Counted from the first letter of the stretch, positions 19,666 through 30,844 are shown. The stretch is 64,000 bases of DNA from Aeriscardovia sp. (GCA_040773385.1 JAXGWH010000004.1:2105-66104); one strand, 5' to 3'. Program-made: numbers and translations. The notes: generated by a model from the letters alone, not told the origin.

Positions 19666-19758
19666 CGGGGCGGAACCCGGCGACGGCCGGGAGCGACAGC
19701 CGGGGAAAGGATCCTGCGGGGACGATGACCGTCCCGTCGAATCCAGGTCCCGGTCAGA

Positions 19759-19800
19759 TTCTCAGGCGGAATAATCCTCTTCTCAGGCGGAGTAATCCTC
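19759..19800. repeat. 21-bp tandem duplication of proS 3' end
   Basis: ttctcaggcggaataatcctc / ttctcaggcggagtaatcctc, one mismatch. Confidence 0.85.
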
Positions 19801-21612
19801 GCCGTCCTGGTCGTCCTCCGCTTTCCGCATCCGGGAGATCAGATCGGTGACAGCGTCGACGGCCTTGCCGGCCTCCACCTTCGCCGACTCGCCGGTGGCA
19901 CGGTTGCGCACCTCGACGAGCCCGTCGGAGAGGAAGTCGCGGCCCACCACGAGCACGACCGGCATGCCGAGCAGCTCGGAGTCCTTGAACTTGATGCCCG
20001 CGGACGCCTTGCGGTCGTCGTAGAGCACGTCCACGCCGTCTTGGGAGAGCGCCTGCGCGAGCTTGTCCGCCTCGGCCTGCGCCTCCGGCTTCTTGCCCGC
20101 GGTGAGCAGGTACACCTGGTACGGGGCGACCTCCACCGGCAGGGCGAGGCCCTTGTCGTCGTGGTGGTATTCGGCGATGCAGGCGAGCACGCGGGAGACA
20201 CCGATGCCGTAGCTGCCCATCCACACGGTGGCGGGCTTGCCGTTCTGGTCGAGCACGGTGAAGTCGAGCGCCTTCGAATACTTGAGGCCGAGCTGGAAGA
20301 TCTGGCCGATCTCCACGCCGCGCTGGAAACGCAGGGCCCCCGAGCCGTCCGGGCTCTGGTCGCCCTCGTGCACCCGGGCGGCCTCGATGACGGCGGTCGC
20401 CTCGAAATCGCGGCCGTAGACGAGGTTCTCCACGTGCGTCTCCGGCTTGTCGGCGCCGGTGAGCCAGGCCGAGCCCTTGGCCACATGGGCGTCGAGATAG
20501 TACGGGATCTCCTCGTCGCCGTCTTTGCCGGCCTTCTGCGGGCCGAGCACACGCGGGCCGATATAGCCGGGCACGAGGTACGGGTATTCGGCGACCTGCT
20601 CGGCGGTGGCCTCGCTCACCTCGGCGGGCGAGAGCGCGGCCTCCACACGCTTGAGGTCCACGTCACGGTCGCCGGGCAGGCCGATGGCCGCCAGGGTCGT
20701 GGTGCCGTCGGGGTGCTTGAGACTGACGATGACGTTCTTGAGGACATCGGACGCCTGCCACGGCCGGTCGTCGCGCGGATAGAGCTTGTTGGCCTGGTCG
20801 ACGAGCGCGGCGATCGTCTTCGAATCGGGGGTCGGCTTCTCGGCCGGCGCGGGGGTCTGTGAGAAGTCGACGTCCGGCACGGCGGGTGTCTTGAGCGCCT
20901 CGACGTTCCACGCGTTGCCCGCGGTCGAGACGGCGAACGTGTCCTCGCCGATGGGCAGCGGGGCCTGGAACTCCTCGGACGCGGAGCCGCCCATCGGCCC
21001 GGAGAAGGCGTGGACGATCTGGTATTTCACGCCGAGCCTGTTGTAGATGCGCTTGTAGGCGGCGCGCTGCAGGGCGTACTGCTCCTCGAGGCCCTTCTTG
21101 TCGACGGTGAACGAGTAGCCGTCCTCCATGATGAACTCGCGGCCGCGGATGAGGCCGGCGCGCGGACGCGCCTCGTCCCGGTACTTCGTCTGGATCTGGT
21201 AGAGGAAGAGCGGCAGATCCTTATACGAGGAGTACATGTTCTTGGCCATGAGCGTGAACATCTCCTCGTGGGTGGGCGCGAGCAGATAGTCGGCGCCGTG
21301 CATGTCCTTGAGGCGGAACATGTTGTCGCCGTACTCCTCCCAGCGGTGCGTGCGCTCATACGGCTCGCGCGGCAGGAGGGCGGGCATGTGCACCTCCTGG
21401 GCGCCGGTGGGCTCCAGCTCCTGGCGGATGATGGCCTCGACGTTGCCGAGCATCCTCAGACCCAGCGGCAGCCAGGAGAAGATGCCGGGCGCCACCTTGC
21501 GCACATAGCCGGCGCGGATGAGCAGTTTCGCGGAATCGACATCCTCATCGGCCGGGTCGTCACGCAGGGTGCGAAGGAAGAGATGGGACATCCTCATGGG
21601 TTGTTTCGTCAT
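19783..21612 (-). CDS. proS: Proline--tRNA ligase
   Basis: LAPTHEE, YRDEARPRAGLIRGREFIM, editing domain, GIGVSR motif 3. Confidence 0.98.
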   Translation of the reverse strand: MTKQPMRMSHLFLRTLRDDPADEDVDSAKLLIRAGYVRKVAPGIFSWLPLGLRMLGNVEAIIRQELEPTGAQEVHMPALLPREPYERTHRWEEYGDNMFRLKDMHGADYLLAPTHEEMFTLMAKNMYSSYKDLPLFLYQIQTKYRDEARPRAGLIRGREFIMEDGYSFTVDKKGLEEQYALQRAAYKRIYNRLGVKYQIVHAFSGPMGGSASEEFQAPLPIGEDTFAVSTAGNAWNVEALKTPAVPDVDFSQTPAPAEKPTPDSKTIAALVDQANKLYPRDDRPWQASDVLKNVIVSLKHPDGTTTLAAIGLPGDRDVDLKRVEAALSPAEVSEATAEQVAEYPYLVPGYIGPRVLGPQKAGKDGDEEIPYYLDAHVAKGSAWLTGADKPETHVENLVYGRDFEATAVIEAARVHEGDQSPDGSGALRFQRGVEIGQIFQLGLKYSKALDFTVLDQNGKPATVWMGSYGIGVSRVLACIAEYHHDDKGLALPVEVAPYQVYLLTAGKKPEAQAEADKLAQALSQDGVDVLYDDRKASAGIKFKDSELLGMPVVLVVGRDFLSDGLVEVRNRATGESAKVEAGKAVDAVTDLISRMRKAEDDQDGEDYSA

Positions 21613-21723
21613 GTGTCCAAAACTAGCCGCGACCATCGTCAGGGCCTGTCCGGCGTCCTTTCTGCCCGGACCACCCGACCTGCGCCGCTCGCATCTGTGC
21701 GAGGCCGCGTCGGACGTCTGCGC

Positions 21724-23133
21724 TCAGATGTCGAAACCGCCGTCGACCACGTGGGCGGCCTTCAGTTCCTTTTCCTGAACGGTCTTCTTCCCAATCCACT
21801 CCCCTGTGCGCCGGGAGGCCTGCCGCAGGAGCGCATCGAGCCGGACCGCCTCGTCGGAGACGCGCCAGGCGGCCGGCGAGAGCCCTTGAAGGAACAGGCC
21901 GTCGAGGGACTGCACGCGCGAAAGGGCGACGTAGCCCATCCCCGGCGAGAAGCTGCGGCGCAGGTCCATCACGGCCGCGTCGAGCGTCATACCCTGCGAC
22001 TTATGGATGGTGATGGCCCACGCCAGTCTCAGCGGGATCTGCGAGATGGTCGCCAGCTCGATGTCGCCGTCGCTCATCGTCCAGTCCACCGGGCTGATGA
22101 CACAGCGTGAGCCGTTCTCAAAATCGACGACCGGGTAACCCGTCTTTTTGGCGAACCCGGACACCCGGCCCAGCGAGCCGTTCGCATACTCGTGCTCAGG
22201 ATCGTTGCACAACGCCATGACCGCCGCGCCGGCCCGCAATTCCAGATGCTCGGGGGCGAGGACGGAAGCGCGCAGCGTGCGCACATACCGCTCCGGGCCG
22301 GTGGCGCTCTGGTCCCAGGTGTGCACGGGCGCGTCGATCTGGTCGAGACGGCGGGCATTGAGGCTGTCCGCCTGGCGGTTCGTGGGGAACAAGCAGACGG
22401 CCACCTCGTCGTCGCCGGGAAGCACGCCAACCCTCTCCTCGAGCAGGTCACGGTCGGCCTTTGTGACGCCGCCCTGCCGCATGTGCGTGAGCACGTCGAG
22501 CAGGCCGCCGCCCTTCTGCCGGTGCTGCTCGGTCAGATAGCAGATCCTCAGATCCATCGCCTGCCAGACGAAGGAACCGGTGATGAAGCCGTCCGGGTCG
22601 AGGCCGGCCTTCGCATAGTTCGACCGGAACCACACGCGACGCGGATCCGAGCCCATGGCCTCGTCCGTGCCGGCGCCGTCCCATCCCCTGCCCGGACGGC
22701 GGGTGACGGGCGGCAGCTGGAAGAAATCACCGGAAAGGACGAGCTGGACGCCACCGAACGGTTCGTCGACGTGCCGGATGTGGCGCAGCACCTGGTCGAG
22801 CAGGTCGAAGAACCAGGCGGGCAGCATGGAGATCTCGTCGATGACGAGGATGTCCGCCGCACGCAGCGCCCGCCCGCGCCGCACCCGGATATTCCCCAGC
22901 AGCTCCGGCGTGGGCGACTGCCGCACCCCGATGCCCGACCATGAGTGGATGGTGCGGCCCTGCAGGTGTGTGGCGGCGATGCCGGTGGAGGCGGTGACGG
23001 CGACCGATTTGCCCTCATCCCGTGCCTCATCGATAAAGCGCTGGAGCAGATAGGTCTTGCCGGATCCAGGCGCGCCGGTGATGAACGTGCCGGCACCGGT
23101 GCGCAGCACATCGAGCGCGGTGGACTGCAGCAA
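21724..23133 (-). CDS. Pif1/RecD-like SF1B helicase
   Basis: GAPGSGKT, IDEISML, GDFFQLPPV, AWAITIHKSQGMTL, YVALSR. Confidence 0.92.
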   Translation of the reverse strand: MLQSTALDVLRTGAGTFITGAPGSGKTYLLQRFIDEARDEGKSVAVTASTGIAATHLQGRTIHSWSGIGVRQSPTPELLGNIRVRRGRALRAADILVIDEISMLPAWFFDLLDQVLRHIRHVDEPFGGVQLVLSGDFFQLPPVTRRPGRGWDGAGTDEAMGSDPRRVWFRSNYAKAGLDPDGFITGSFVWQAMDLRICYLTEQHRQKGGGLLDVLTHMRQGGVTKADRDLLEERVGVLPGDDEVAVCLFPTNRQADSLNARRLDQIDAPVHTWDQSATGPERYVRTLRASVLAPEHLELRAGAAVMALCNDPEHEYANGSLGRVSGFAKKTGYPVVDFENGSRCVISPVDWTMSDGDIELATISQIPLRLAWAITIHKSQGMTLDAAVMDLRRSFSPGMGYVALSRVQSLDGLFLQGLSPAAWRVSDEAVRLDALLRQASRRTGEWIGKKTVQEKELKAAHVVDGGFDI

Positions 23134-23136
23134 GGA

Positions 23137-23835
23137 TCAGTAATCGCGTTTTGCGGCTGTGGACGGGTCGGCGAGGATCCGGCCGTGCTGCTCGTAGCGT
23201 CGCAGGAGGCTCGTCTCCTCGACCTGCTTGGCGATGGCCCTCGCCTGCTCGTCGGTCGGGCCGGGTGAGGGCAGGAACATGGTCTGGCGGTAGTAGCGCA
23301 GCTCGTCGATGGACTCGATGATGTCGCCGAGCGAGCGGTCGGCGCCGCGCTTGGCGGGCGCGTTTTTGATGACCGCGGGATACCAGCGCCGGCACAGCTC
23401 CTTGAGCGAGCTGACGTCGATGGAGCGGTAGTGCAGGTAGCCCATGAGGGCAGGCATGAAGTGGTCGAGGAACTTCTTGTCGCTGCCAACGGTGTTGCCG
23501 GCCAGATGCGCCTTGCTGCCATCCTTCGGCAGGAACGGCAGGATGTAGTCGATGGCCTTCTTCTCGGCCTCCTGATAGGAAATGCCGGTCTTCATCTTCT
23601 CGAGCAGGCCGTTGCCCGTATGCATTTTGCGCACGAAGTCATTCATGTGGTCGAGGGCGGCCTGGCTGGGTTTGATGACCATGTCGATCCCCTCGTCGAG
23701 GGGGTTGAGGTCGAAATCGGTGGGGATGACGGCCATCTCGCAGATCTCGTCGTGGAACACGTCCAGACCGGTCATCTCCAGATCGATCCAGATGAGGCGG
23801 GAGGTCTTCGGATCATACGTCTCGATATCGCTCAT
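23137..23835 (-). CDS. orn: Oligoribonuclease
   Basis: [40 protein letters not shown]. Confidence 0.95.
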   Translation of the reverse strand: MSDIETYDPKTSRLIWIDLEMTGLDVFHDEICEMAVIPTDFDLNPLDEGIDMVIKPSQAALDHMNDFVRKMHTGNGLLEKMKTGISYQEAEKKAIDYILPFLPKDGSKAHLAGNTVGSDKKFLDHFMPALMGYLHYRSIDVSSLKELCRRWYPAVIKNAPAKRGADRSLGDIIESIDELRYYRQTMFLPSPGPTDEQARAIAKQVEETSLLRRYEQHGRILADPSTAAKRDY

Positions 23836-23909
23836 GATGTCCTTTGCTGTCCTTTTGGCACGGGTAGTCGCCTGTGCCACTGTAGACGGCCGTTCGGAAG
23901 GCGGTTCGT

Positions 23910-24485
23910 TCAGCGGCGCTGATGACTGGCTTTGTCCCTCGCCGTGATGGCCGCCGCCGTCCGCGCGTGCGCCTGCCAGCCGACCCACGTCGACAGGCAC
24001 AGTCCGAGGACTGCCGCGATGACGGCGAGGACCGCGCCGGCCGCCGCGTCGAGCACGGGGAAGGCGATGACGCGCACAATCTCGAGCACGGCGAGCAGCA
24101 GCAGCGCGACCACGCCGCGGCGCAGCCCGGACGCGCACTCCTGGCTGATCACCTTGTCCGGCAGACGACGGACCACCACCAGCAGCTCGACGAACAGCCA
24201 GACGAGCAGCAGCGAGCACACCATGAGGAAGACCGGTGCCGCCGCCGTGTACGCGCGGTCGGCGGCGAACGGGTCGTTGAACAGGTGCAGCAGCAGCGTC
24301 GAGAAGCGCGGCGCGGCGACGATGAGCAGCGAGAAGAGCGCGATCCCGGCCCACAACGCGGCCTCGCAGCCTTTTTTGAACTGCGAGAGCCGTGTGAAGG
24401 CCCGCCCTGCCCTCACAACCTGGTCATCGTAGCCGGGATCCTCCCGTACCGGGGACACGCGAGACATTCTGTCTGCCGACGTCAC
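23910..24485 (-). CDS. Multi-pass membrane protein (DUF2975-like candidate)
   Basis: About four hydrophobic helices; GTGA overlap with guaB. Confidence 0.7.
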   Translation of the reverse strand: MTSADRMSRVSPVREDPGYDDQVVRAGRAFTRLSQFKKGCEAALWAGIALFSLLIVAAPRFSTLLLHLFNDPFAADRAYTAAAPVFLMVCSLLLVWLFVELLVVVRRLPDKVISQECASGLRRGVVALLLLAVLEIVRVIAFPVLDAAAGAVLAVIAAVLGLCLSTWVGWQAHARTAAAITARDKASHQRR

Positions 24486-26020
24486 TGGGCGTTGTGGAAG
24501 CCGGTGTAGTTCGGCGCCTCGGCGGTCATGACGATGTCGTGCGGGTGGGACTCGCGCAGGCCCGCGTCGGTGATGCGGATGAAGCGCGCCTTCTCCTGCA
24601 GTTCGGCGATGGTGCGCGAGCCGGTATAGAACATCGACTGGCGCAGGCCTCCGGCGAGCTCGAAGAGGATGGCGCCGACCGGGCCCTTGTAGGCGACCTC
24701 GCCCTCGACGCCCTCGGGGATGACCTTGGCATCGGAGCTCACATCGCCCTGGAAGTAGCGGTCGCGCTCGTAGCTCTTCTTGCCGCGCGGGGCCATGGCG
24801 GCCATGGAGCCCATGCCGCGGTACACCTTGTATGCCTTGCCGTGCAGCGTGACCTTCTCGCCCGGGGTCTCCTCCGCGCCGGCGAGCACGCCGCCGAGCA
24901 TGACGATGTCCGCGCCCGCGCCGATCGCCTTGGCGATGTCACCGGAATAGTGGATGCCGCCGTCGGCCACGCACGGCACACCGGCCTCCTTGCAGGCACG
25001 CGCGGCGTCGTACACGGCGGTCAGCTGCGGCACGCCCACGCCGGCCACCACACGGGTGGTGCAGATGGAGCCCGGGCCGACGCCGACCTTGACGGAATCG
25101 GCGCCCGCGTCGATGAGCGCCTTCGCGCCCTCGTAGGTGGCGACGTTGCCGGCCATGATGTCGATGTCGTCGAAGGCGTGGTCGCCGCGCAGCCTGCCGA
25201 TGAAGTCGTAGACGGCCTGGGTGGCGCCGTGGGCGGTGTCGATCTCGATGACGTCCACGCCCGCGTCGCGCAGCAGGCCGGCGCGCTCCCACGCGTCGCC
25301 GAAGAAGCCGACGGCGGCGGCCACGCGCAGGCGGCCCTGCTCATCCTTGGTGGCGTTCGGGTACTGCTCGGTCTTGACGAAGTCCTTGACGGTGATGAGG
25401 CCGGTCAGGCGCCCCTCGTTGTCGACGAGCGGCAGCTTCTCGACCTTGTAACGGGCGAGCAGTTTATGCGCCACCGCCTTGGTGATGTGCGAGCCGCCGG
25501 TGACGAGATGGTCGCGCGTCATCACCTCGCCCACGGTGAGGCTGTCATACGAGTCCGGGTCGATGAAGCGCATGTCGCGGTTGGTGATGATGCCCACGAG
25601 CTTGCGGTCTTTGTCGATGACCGGCAGACCGGAGATCTTGAACTTGGCGCAGAGCTTGTCGAGCTCGGTCAGCGTCGCGTCGGGGGTGATGGTGAGCGGG
25701 TCGGTGATCATGCCCGACTCACTGCGCTTGACGAGGTCGACCTGGGCGGCCTCGTCCTCCTTGGAGAGGTTGCGGTGGAGGACGCCGATGCCGCCGTTGC
25801 GGGCCATGGCGATGGACATGTCGGCCTCGGTGACGGTGTCCATCGCGGCGGACATGATCGGCAGCTTGACGTTGATGCGCCGTGTCAGACGCGCGGTGGT
25901 GTCGACCTCGGAGGGAATGACGTCGGATTGGTTCGGCAGCAGGAGCACATCGTCATAGGCAAGACCGATGCGCGCGAACTTGGAGGGAAGGGGGCGATAT
26001 TCATCAGTTTGAGAAGCCAT
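24482..26020 (-). CDS. guaB: IMP dehydrogenase
   Basis: [12 protein letters not shown] pair, [17 protein letters not shown]. Confidence 0.98.
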   Translation of the reverse strand: MASQTDEYRPLPSKFARIGLAYDDVLLLPNQSDVIPSEVDTTARLTRRINVKLPIMSAAMDTVTEADMSIAMARNGGIGVLHRNLSKEDEAAQVDLVKRSESGMITDPLTITPDATLTELDKLCAKFKISGLPVIDKDRKLVGIITNRDMRFIDPDSYDSLTVGEVMTRDHLVTGGSHITKAVAHKLLARYKVEKLPLVDNEGRLTGLITVKDFVKTEQYPNATKDEQGRLRVAAAVGFFGDAWERAGLLRDAGVDVIEIDTAHGATQAVYDFIGRLRGDHAFDDIDIMAGNVATYEGAKALIDAGADSVKVGVGPGSICTTRVVAGVGVPQLTAVYDAARACKEAGVPCVADGGIHYSGDIAKAIGAGADIVMLGGVLAGAEETPGEKVTLHGKAYKVYRGMGSMAAMAPRGKKSYERDRYFQGDVSSDAKVIPEGVEGEVAYKGPVGAILFELAGGLRQSMFYTGSRTIAELQEKARFIRITDAGLRESHPHDIVMTAEAPNYTGFHNAQ

Positions 26021-26093
26021 ACACCGAACCTAGCGATCCGACAGGACGCGGCGCGCGCACCAGTCCGTGGGCGAAAAAGATGAAGCGGGTACC

Positions 26094-26681
26094 TCACGAC
26101 CGTCCGGAAGATTCCGCCCCGTGCGTGCGGGCGTGCCCGTGGTTCGCCCGGACGACCACCGCCGCGAGGACGATGAGGTAGACGAGCGCCGCCCCCACCG
26201 CCGCGACAGCGAACAGCGGCCGGGAGAACCAGGAGGCGCCCAGAAGCGCGCCGAGCAGCAGGGTGAGGACGATGACCTTGAGGAGGATGAAGAAGGCGAG
26301 CGCCTTGAGATAGCCCCCCATGCGACCGGGGCTGTTGAGCCTGTTTGCGGCGAGGAACGACATGAGCACCGGCGTGGAGAGACAGAAGAGGATGACGGTG
26401 AAAAGGCCGAGGAGCACGCCGGAAAGGCCGGACAGGCCGTGGGCGAGCCAGCCGTAGAGGCCGAGCCCGAGGCCGAGGACCGCATACGCCGCCAGGCTGA
26501 TGAGCACGATCCGCCGGCAGTTGCGGCGCATCCGGCTGCCGGAGGGATACGGTTCGGGAGGCACGCGCCGGTCGTCGGGCGATGTCCGGTCGGCCAGGTC
26601 GTCGTCGGTGACGGTGGGGTCGGGGCTGATGTTGATTTTTGCGCGCGGATCGGGCGTGTCGGTTTTATGCCTCGCGCACAT
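26094..26681 (-). CDS. Four-TM membrane protein, ATP synthase protein I-like candidate
   Basis: Four hydrophobic segments, directly downstream of wecA-like gene; start uncertain (26681 or 26531). Confidence 0.6.
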   Translation of the reverse strand: MCARHKTDTPDPRAKINISPDPTVTDDDLADRTSPDDRRVPPEPYPSGSRMRRNCRRIVLISLAAYAVLGLGLGLYGWLAHGLSGLSGVLLGLFTVILFCLSTPVLMSFLAANRLNSPGRMGGYLKALAFFILLKVIVLTLLLGALLGASWFSRPLFAVAAVGAALVYLIVLAAVVVRANHGHARTHGAESSGRS

Positions 26682-27861
26682 GCTGGCCGGCCTTCCCTCC
26701 CCGATGGGCACCGCGCGGCGGCACGACGCGCCCCTGGCGGATCGCCTGCTCGGCGCGCTCGGCACGCAGCTGGGGGATCCGGCGCAGCAGATACGGCAGC
26801 GCGGTCAGCACGGTGAGCACGGGGATGACGACGGCATAGCCGATGAGCACCTCCCACCACGGGAAGAAGAGGAGGGAGACCGACCCGAAGGCGATGACGG
26901 CCGCCCACGCCCACAGGATGAGCACGGCGGAGCGGATGGAGTGGCCGATTCGGATCATGCGGTGGTGCAGGTGCATGCGGTCGGGGTGCATGGGCGACTC
27001 GCCGTGGGCCAGACGGCGGACAATGGCGAGGATCGTGTCGAGCACCGGCAGGAAAAGAATGAGGATCGGCAGCAGCAGCGGCATGAAGATGGGCAGGTAG
27101 GTGGAGGTTCCCATGGTGGCCGGGTCGAGGTGCCCCGTGATGACGATGGAGGCGCAGGTGAGCAGGTAGCCGAGCAGCATTGAGCCCGAGTCACCCATGA
27201 ACAGCTTGGCCGGATGCCAGTTGTGCATGAGGAAGCCGACGCAGATGCCCACGAGCGCCACGTCGATGACGATGGCCATGGAGGCGAAGCTCGGCTGGTT
27301 GCGGGCGAGCACATAACCGTAGACGGCGAAGGCAATGCCGCCGATGCCCACGATCCCGGCGGCCAGCCCGTCGAGGCCGTCGACGAAGTTGACGGCGTTG
27401 ATGGAGGCGACGATGAGGAAGGCGGTCACGGCCATCGACAGTGATGGCGAGGCGGTGATGAGGCCCTTTCCCCACGGCAGGGAGACGATCTGCACGCCCT
27501 GCCAGCTCACGAGCACGGAGATGAGGATCTGCCCGCTCATCTTGAGCATCCAGTCGAGGTCCCAGATGTCGTCGCACACGCCGAGCAGGCAGATGAGCGC
27601 GGCCCCGAGCAGGATGACCCACGCCTGGTTGGTGGAGCGCATGAGCGGGCCGATCCACGGCAGCGCCTGCGCGAAGCAGAGGGCGACGGCGAAGCCGAGC
27701 AGCATCGCCACCCCGCCCATCCTGGGGGTGGGGACCCTGTGGACGTCGCGTGCGCGGATCTCGCCGACCGCGCCCACATCGATGGCGATATGGCGGATGA
27801 GGGGGGTGAGCAGATAGGTCGCCGCACCGGCGACGGCGGCGATGAACAGATAGACCCTCAC
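26665..27861 (-). CDS. wecA: MraY/WecA-family undecaprenyl-phosphate GlcNAc-1-phosphate transferase
   Basis: PTPRMGG, CDDIWDL, NAVNFVDGLDGLA, FMGDSGS, HLHHR. Confidence 0.92.
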   Translation of the reverse strand: MRVYLFIAAVAGAATYLLTPLIRHIAIDVGAVGEIRARDVHRVPTPRMGGVAMLLGFAVALCFAQALPWIGPLMRSTNQAWVILLGAALICLLGVCDDIWDLDWMLKMSGQILISVLVSWQGVQIVSLPWGKGLITASPSLSMAVTAFLIVASINAVNFVDGLDGLAAGIVGIGGIAFAVYGYVLARNQPSFASMAIVIDVALVGICVGFLMHNWHPAKLFMGDSGSMLLGYLLTCASIVITGHLDPATMGTSTYLPIFMPLLLPILILFLPVLDTILAIVRRLAHGESPMHPDRMHLHHRMIRIGHSIRSAVLILWAWAAVIAFGSVSLLFFPWWEVLIGYAVVIPVLTVLTALPYLLRRIPQLRAERAEQAIRQGRVVPPRGAHRGGKAGQHVREA

Positions 27862-27902
27862 CCGGCCCTCCTTCCGTCCTGAGTGATCGTTGCGGCGATG
27901 TC

Positions 27903-28637
27903 TCAGCTTTCTAGGATGCCCCGCAGACGGGACTCGGCGATGACGCCCTCGCGCAGCACGTGGATGCCATCAGGGTCTGCGGGGTCGTCCTCGACCACGG
28001 TGGAGGCCACCGGGCCGGGCGTCGGGCCGGCATCAAGATACAGGGCGACGGAGGAGCCGAGCGCCCCTGCGGCCTCCTGCGCGCTCGTTGCCGGGCTCTT
28101 GCCGGAGATGTTGGCGCTCGTGGCGGCCAGGGGCCCGGTCACCTCGAGGATGCGTCGCAGCGGCGCGCTGTCAGGAACACGGATCGCCTGGGTGCGCACG
28201 CTCGCCCCGCCGCCGTCGCCGGTCAGGCGCAGTGTCTGGAGCGTGCAGGACGGGCCGGCTGTGGCGATGGGGCTGAACGCGCCGGGCAGAAGCGCCTGGG
28301 AGAGGCGCGTGAGCGGGACGGAGATGTGCAGGTCGAGCCGGTCGAGCCAGTCGAGCGAGGGCAGCAGGATCTGCAACGCCTTGGCGCGTGGCCGGTGTTT
28401 GGCATGGAAGACGGCGGCGATGGCCGAGTCGTCGAACGGGCTGCATGCCACGCCGTAGACGGTGTCGGTGGGCACGACGATGACGCCGCCGCCCGAGACG
28501 ATGGTGCGCGCCTGACGGAGCGCCTGGTCGGTCAGGGCGCTGATGTGCGCCCCGGCGACGGCGACGGCCGCCCCTCCGTCGTCGGTTTCTCCTGTGTTGC
28601 TGCCGGTGTTCTCGTTCTCACGCGTGATGTCGGTCAT
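27903..28637 (-). CDS. tsaC: L-threonylcarbamoyladenylate synthase (Sua5/YrdC)
   Basis: PTDTVYG, KHRP, IRVPD, ATSANISG. Confidence 0.93.
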   Translation of the reverse strand: MTDITRENENTGSNTGETDDGGAAVAVAGAHISALTDQALRQARTIVSGGGVIVVPTDTVYGVACSPFDDSAIAAVFHAKHRPRAKALQILLPSLDWLDRLDLHISVPLTRLSQALLPGAFSPIATAGPSCTLQTLRLTGDGGGASVRTQAIRVPDSAPLRRILEVTGPLAATSANISGKSPATSAQEAAGALGSSVALYLDAGPTPGPVASTVVEDDPADPDGIHVLREGVIAESRLRGILES

Positions 28638-28670
28638 GATCGGTCCTCCCGCTGATCGGGCATGCGCCGA

Positions 28671-29750
28671 TCAGCCATTCTCACGGGGCGTCGTTGCCCC
28701 GGCCAGCCGCGCAGTCACCCAGCGCGGGCGTCCGGAAAGATCCTTCCCGCCTGTGACGGCGGTGAATCCCTCCTTTTCCAACTCTACTTCCAGTGCCTTC
28801 TGCTGGGTGGGGTCATGCTCCATGACGACCATCCCGCCGGGCCGCAGGATCGAGGGCAGCAGACGGATTGTGGCCAGTGGGATCGCCAGCCCGTCGCCGC
28901 TGCCGCCGTAGAGGGCGTCATCTGGGTCGGCCGCCGCCTCGGGCTGGGTGACGGGCCGGTCCTGCGGCAGATAGGGCGGGTTGGTGATGACCGCGTCGAC
29001 AAGCCCGTCCGGGTTTCCGAGGGCGCGTGCGGCGCGGGCGATCCGGGGCGCGGCGTCGAACACATCAGCCTGTACCGGCACATACCGGTCGCGGATCCGC
29101 GGGTATGACGCGGCGAGCGCCTCGGCGTTGCGGCGCAGGTAGGCGGAGGCGGTCGTGCTTTTTTCCACGGCGATGACGCCGAGGCCGGGCAGTTCGGCCG
29201 CGCAGGCCAGTCCGATGGCCCCGCTGCCGGCGAACAGGTCGGCGATGACGGGCAGACGCACGTGGCCGTTGGGACGCGCAGATTTCCCGTGGTGTCCGGG
29301 CTCCCCGGATTGCCCGGATTGTTGTCCTCCTGCTGATGTCGCTTCTTCCACGATAGGGCGGAGCAGATCGATGCCCGCCCCGGCGACGAGCTCGGTCTCG
29401 GGACGCGGGACGAACACGCCCGGCCCGACGAGCAGATCAAGCCCGCGGAACGGGGCGGATCCCTCGATCCATTGCAGCGGCTCGCGGTGGGCACGCCGGC
29501 CGACCGCGGTGCGGAAGGCTGCGAGCGCCGCCGCCGCGACATGCGGGTCCTCATGGTCGGCAAGGCTCTCTCCCAGCAGCGCCCACAGCCGGATGCGGGA
29601 GGTATCGGCATCGGGATCGCCGTTTCTGCGCAGCGCCCAGGCGAGTAGGTCCTCGCTCTCGGCACGGGCGACGACCGGATCGATCCCGGCATCCGTGAGG
29701 CGTTCTGCTGCCTGTGTGAGGATCCGGTCGAGGGACGTTTCCCCCGTCAC
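28671..29750 (-). CDS. prmC: Release factor glutamine methyltransferase
   Basis: REPLQWI, VFVPRPETE, DLFAGSG, NPPY; downstream of prfA. Confidence 0.94.
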   Translation of the reverse strand: MTGETSLDRILTQAAERLTDAGIDPVVARAESEDLLAWALRRNGDPDADTSRIRLWALLGESLADHEDPHVAAAALAAFRTAVGRRAHREPLQWIEGSAPFRGLDLLVGPGVFVPRPETELVAGAGIDLLRPIVEEATSAGGQQSGQSGEPGHHGKSARPNGHVRLPVIADLFAGSGAIGLACAAELPGLGVIAVEKSTTASAYLRRNAEALAASYPRIRDRYVPVQADVFDAAPRIARAARALGNPDGLVDAVITNPPYLPQDRPVTQPEAAADPDDALYGGSGDGLAIPLATIRLLPSILRPGGMVVMEHDPTQQKALEVELEKEGFTAVTGGKDLSGRPRWVTARLAGATTPRENG

Positions 29751-30844
29751 CGCGTGTTCGCCGCCTGTGCGAGCCGCTCGGTCTCGTCCGCCTGGATGTC
29801 CGAGTCGATCACCGCCGCCAGGTCGCCGGCGAGCACCTGGTCGAGGTCGTAGGCCTTGTAGCCGGTCCGGTGGTCGACGATGCGGTTCTCGGGGAAGTTG
29901 TAGGTGCGGATGCGCTGGGAGCGGTCGAGGTTCCTGACCTGGGAATGCCGGGCGTCGGCGGCCTTCTGCTCCTCCTGCTCGCGCCTGAGGGCGAGGAGCC
30001 GTGAGCGCAGCACGCGCATGCCGGCCGCGCGGTTCTGGATCTGGCTGCGCTGGTCCTGCATGCTCACCACGATCCCTGTGGGCAGATGGGTGATGCGCAC
30101 GGCCGAGTACGTGGTGTTCACGCCCTGGCCGCCCGGGCCGGATGCCTGGAACGTGTCGATGCGCAGGTCCTTGGGGTCGATGGTGATCTCGTCGCTGTCG
30201 TCGTCGATCTCAGGGAAAACATACACACCGGCGGCCGAGGTCTGGATGCGGCCCTGCGTGTCGGTGACGGGGATGCGCTGCACGCGGTGGACGCCGCCCT
30301 CGTATTTGAGGCTCGCCCACACGCCGTCACGCGCAGAGGCGGGGTGCGGGGCGTGGAAGGCGATCTGCGCGTCCTTGACCCCGCCCAGGCTCGTGCCGCT
30401 CATCGACTGGATCTCGCTCGTCCAGCCGCGGCGCTCGGCATAGCGCGTGTACATGCGCAGCAGGTCGCCGGCGAAGAGCGCGGCCTCCTCCCCCCCGGTG
30501 CCGGCCTTGATCTCCATGATGACGTCACGGATGTCGTCCGGGTCGCGTGGGATGAGCGCGCGCAGCAGGCTGTCGCGCGCCCCCGGGATCTGGGCTTCGA
30601 GCTCTTTGGCCTCCTGGGCGAGGTCCGGGTCGTCGCCGGCGAGTTCCCGTGCCGCCCGGCCGTCCTCCTCAAGCCGGGTGAGATGCCGGTAGGCGTCGAC
30701 GATGGGCTGCAGGTCGCTGTGCCTCTGCCCCAGTTTTCGCAGCGCGTCAGGGTCGGAGGCGACGGCCGGGTCGGCCATTTTCTTTTCGATCTGCCGGTAT
30801 TCCTTTGCTGCCGCGACGGCGGCGGGATACTCCTCTTGCGCCAT
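29747..30844 (-). CDS. prfA: Peptide chain release factor 1
   Basis: GGQ motif, PVT tripeptide (QRIPVT), IRTYNFP. Confidence 0.97.
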   Translation of the reverse strand: MAQEEYPAAVAAAKEYRQIEKKMADPAVASDPDALRKLGQRHSDLQPIVDAYRHLTRLEEDGRAARELAGDDPDLAQEAKELEAQIPGARDSLLRALIPRDPDDIRDVIMEIKAGTGGEEAALFAGDLLRMYTRYAERRGWTSEIQSMSGTSLGGVKDAQIAFHAPHPASARDGVWASLKYEGGVHRVQRIPVTDTQGRIQTSAAGVYVFPEIDDDSDEITIDPKDLRIDTFQASGPGGQGVNTTYSAVRITHLPTGIVVSMQDQRSQIQNRAAGMRVLRSRLLALRREQEEQKAADARHSQVRNLDRSQRIRTYNFPENRIVDHRTGYKAYDLDQVLAGDLAAVIDSDIQADETERLAQAANTR

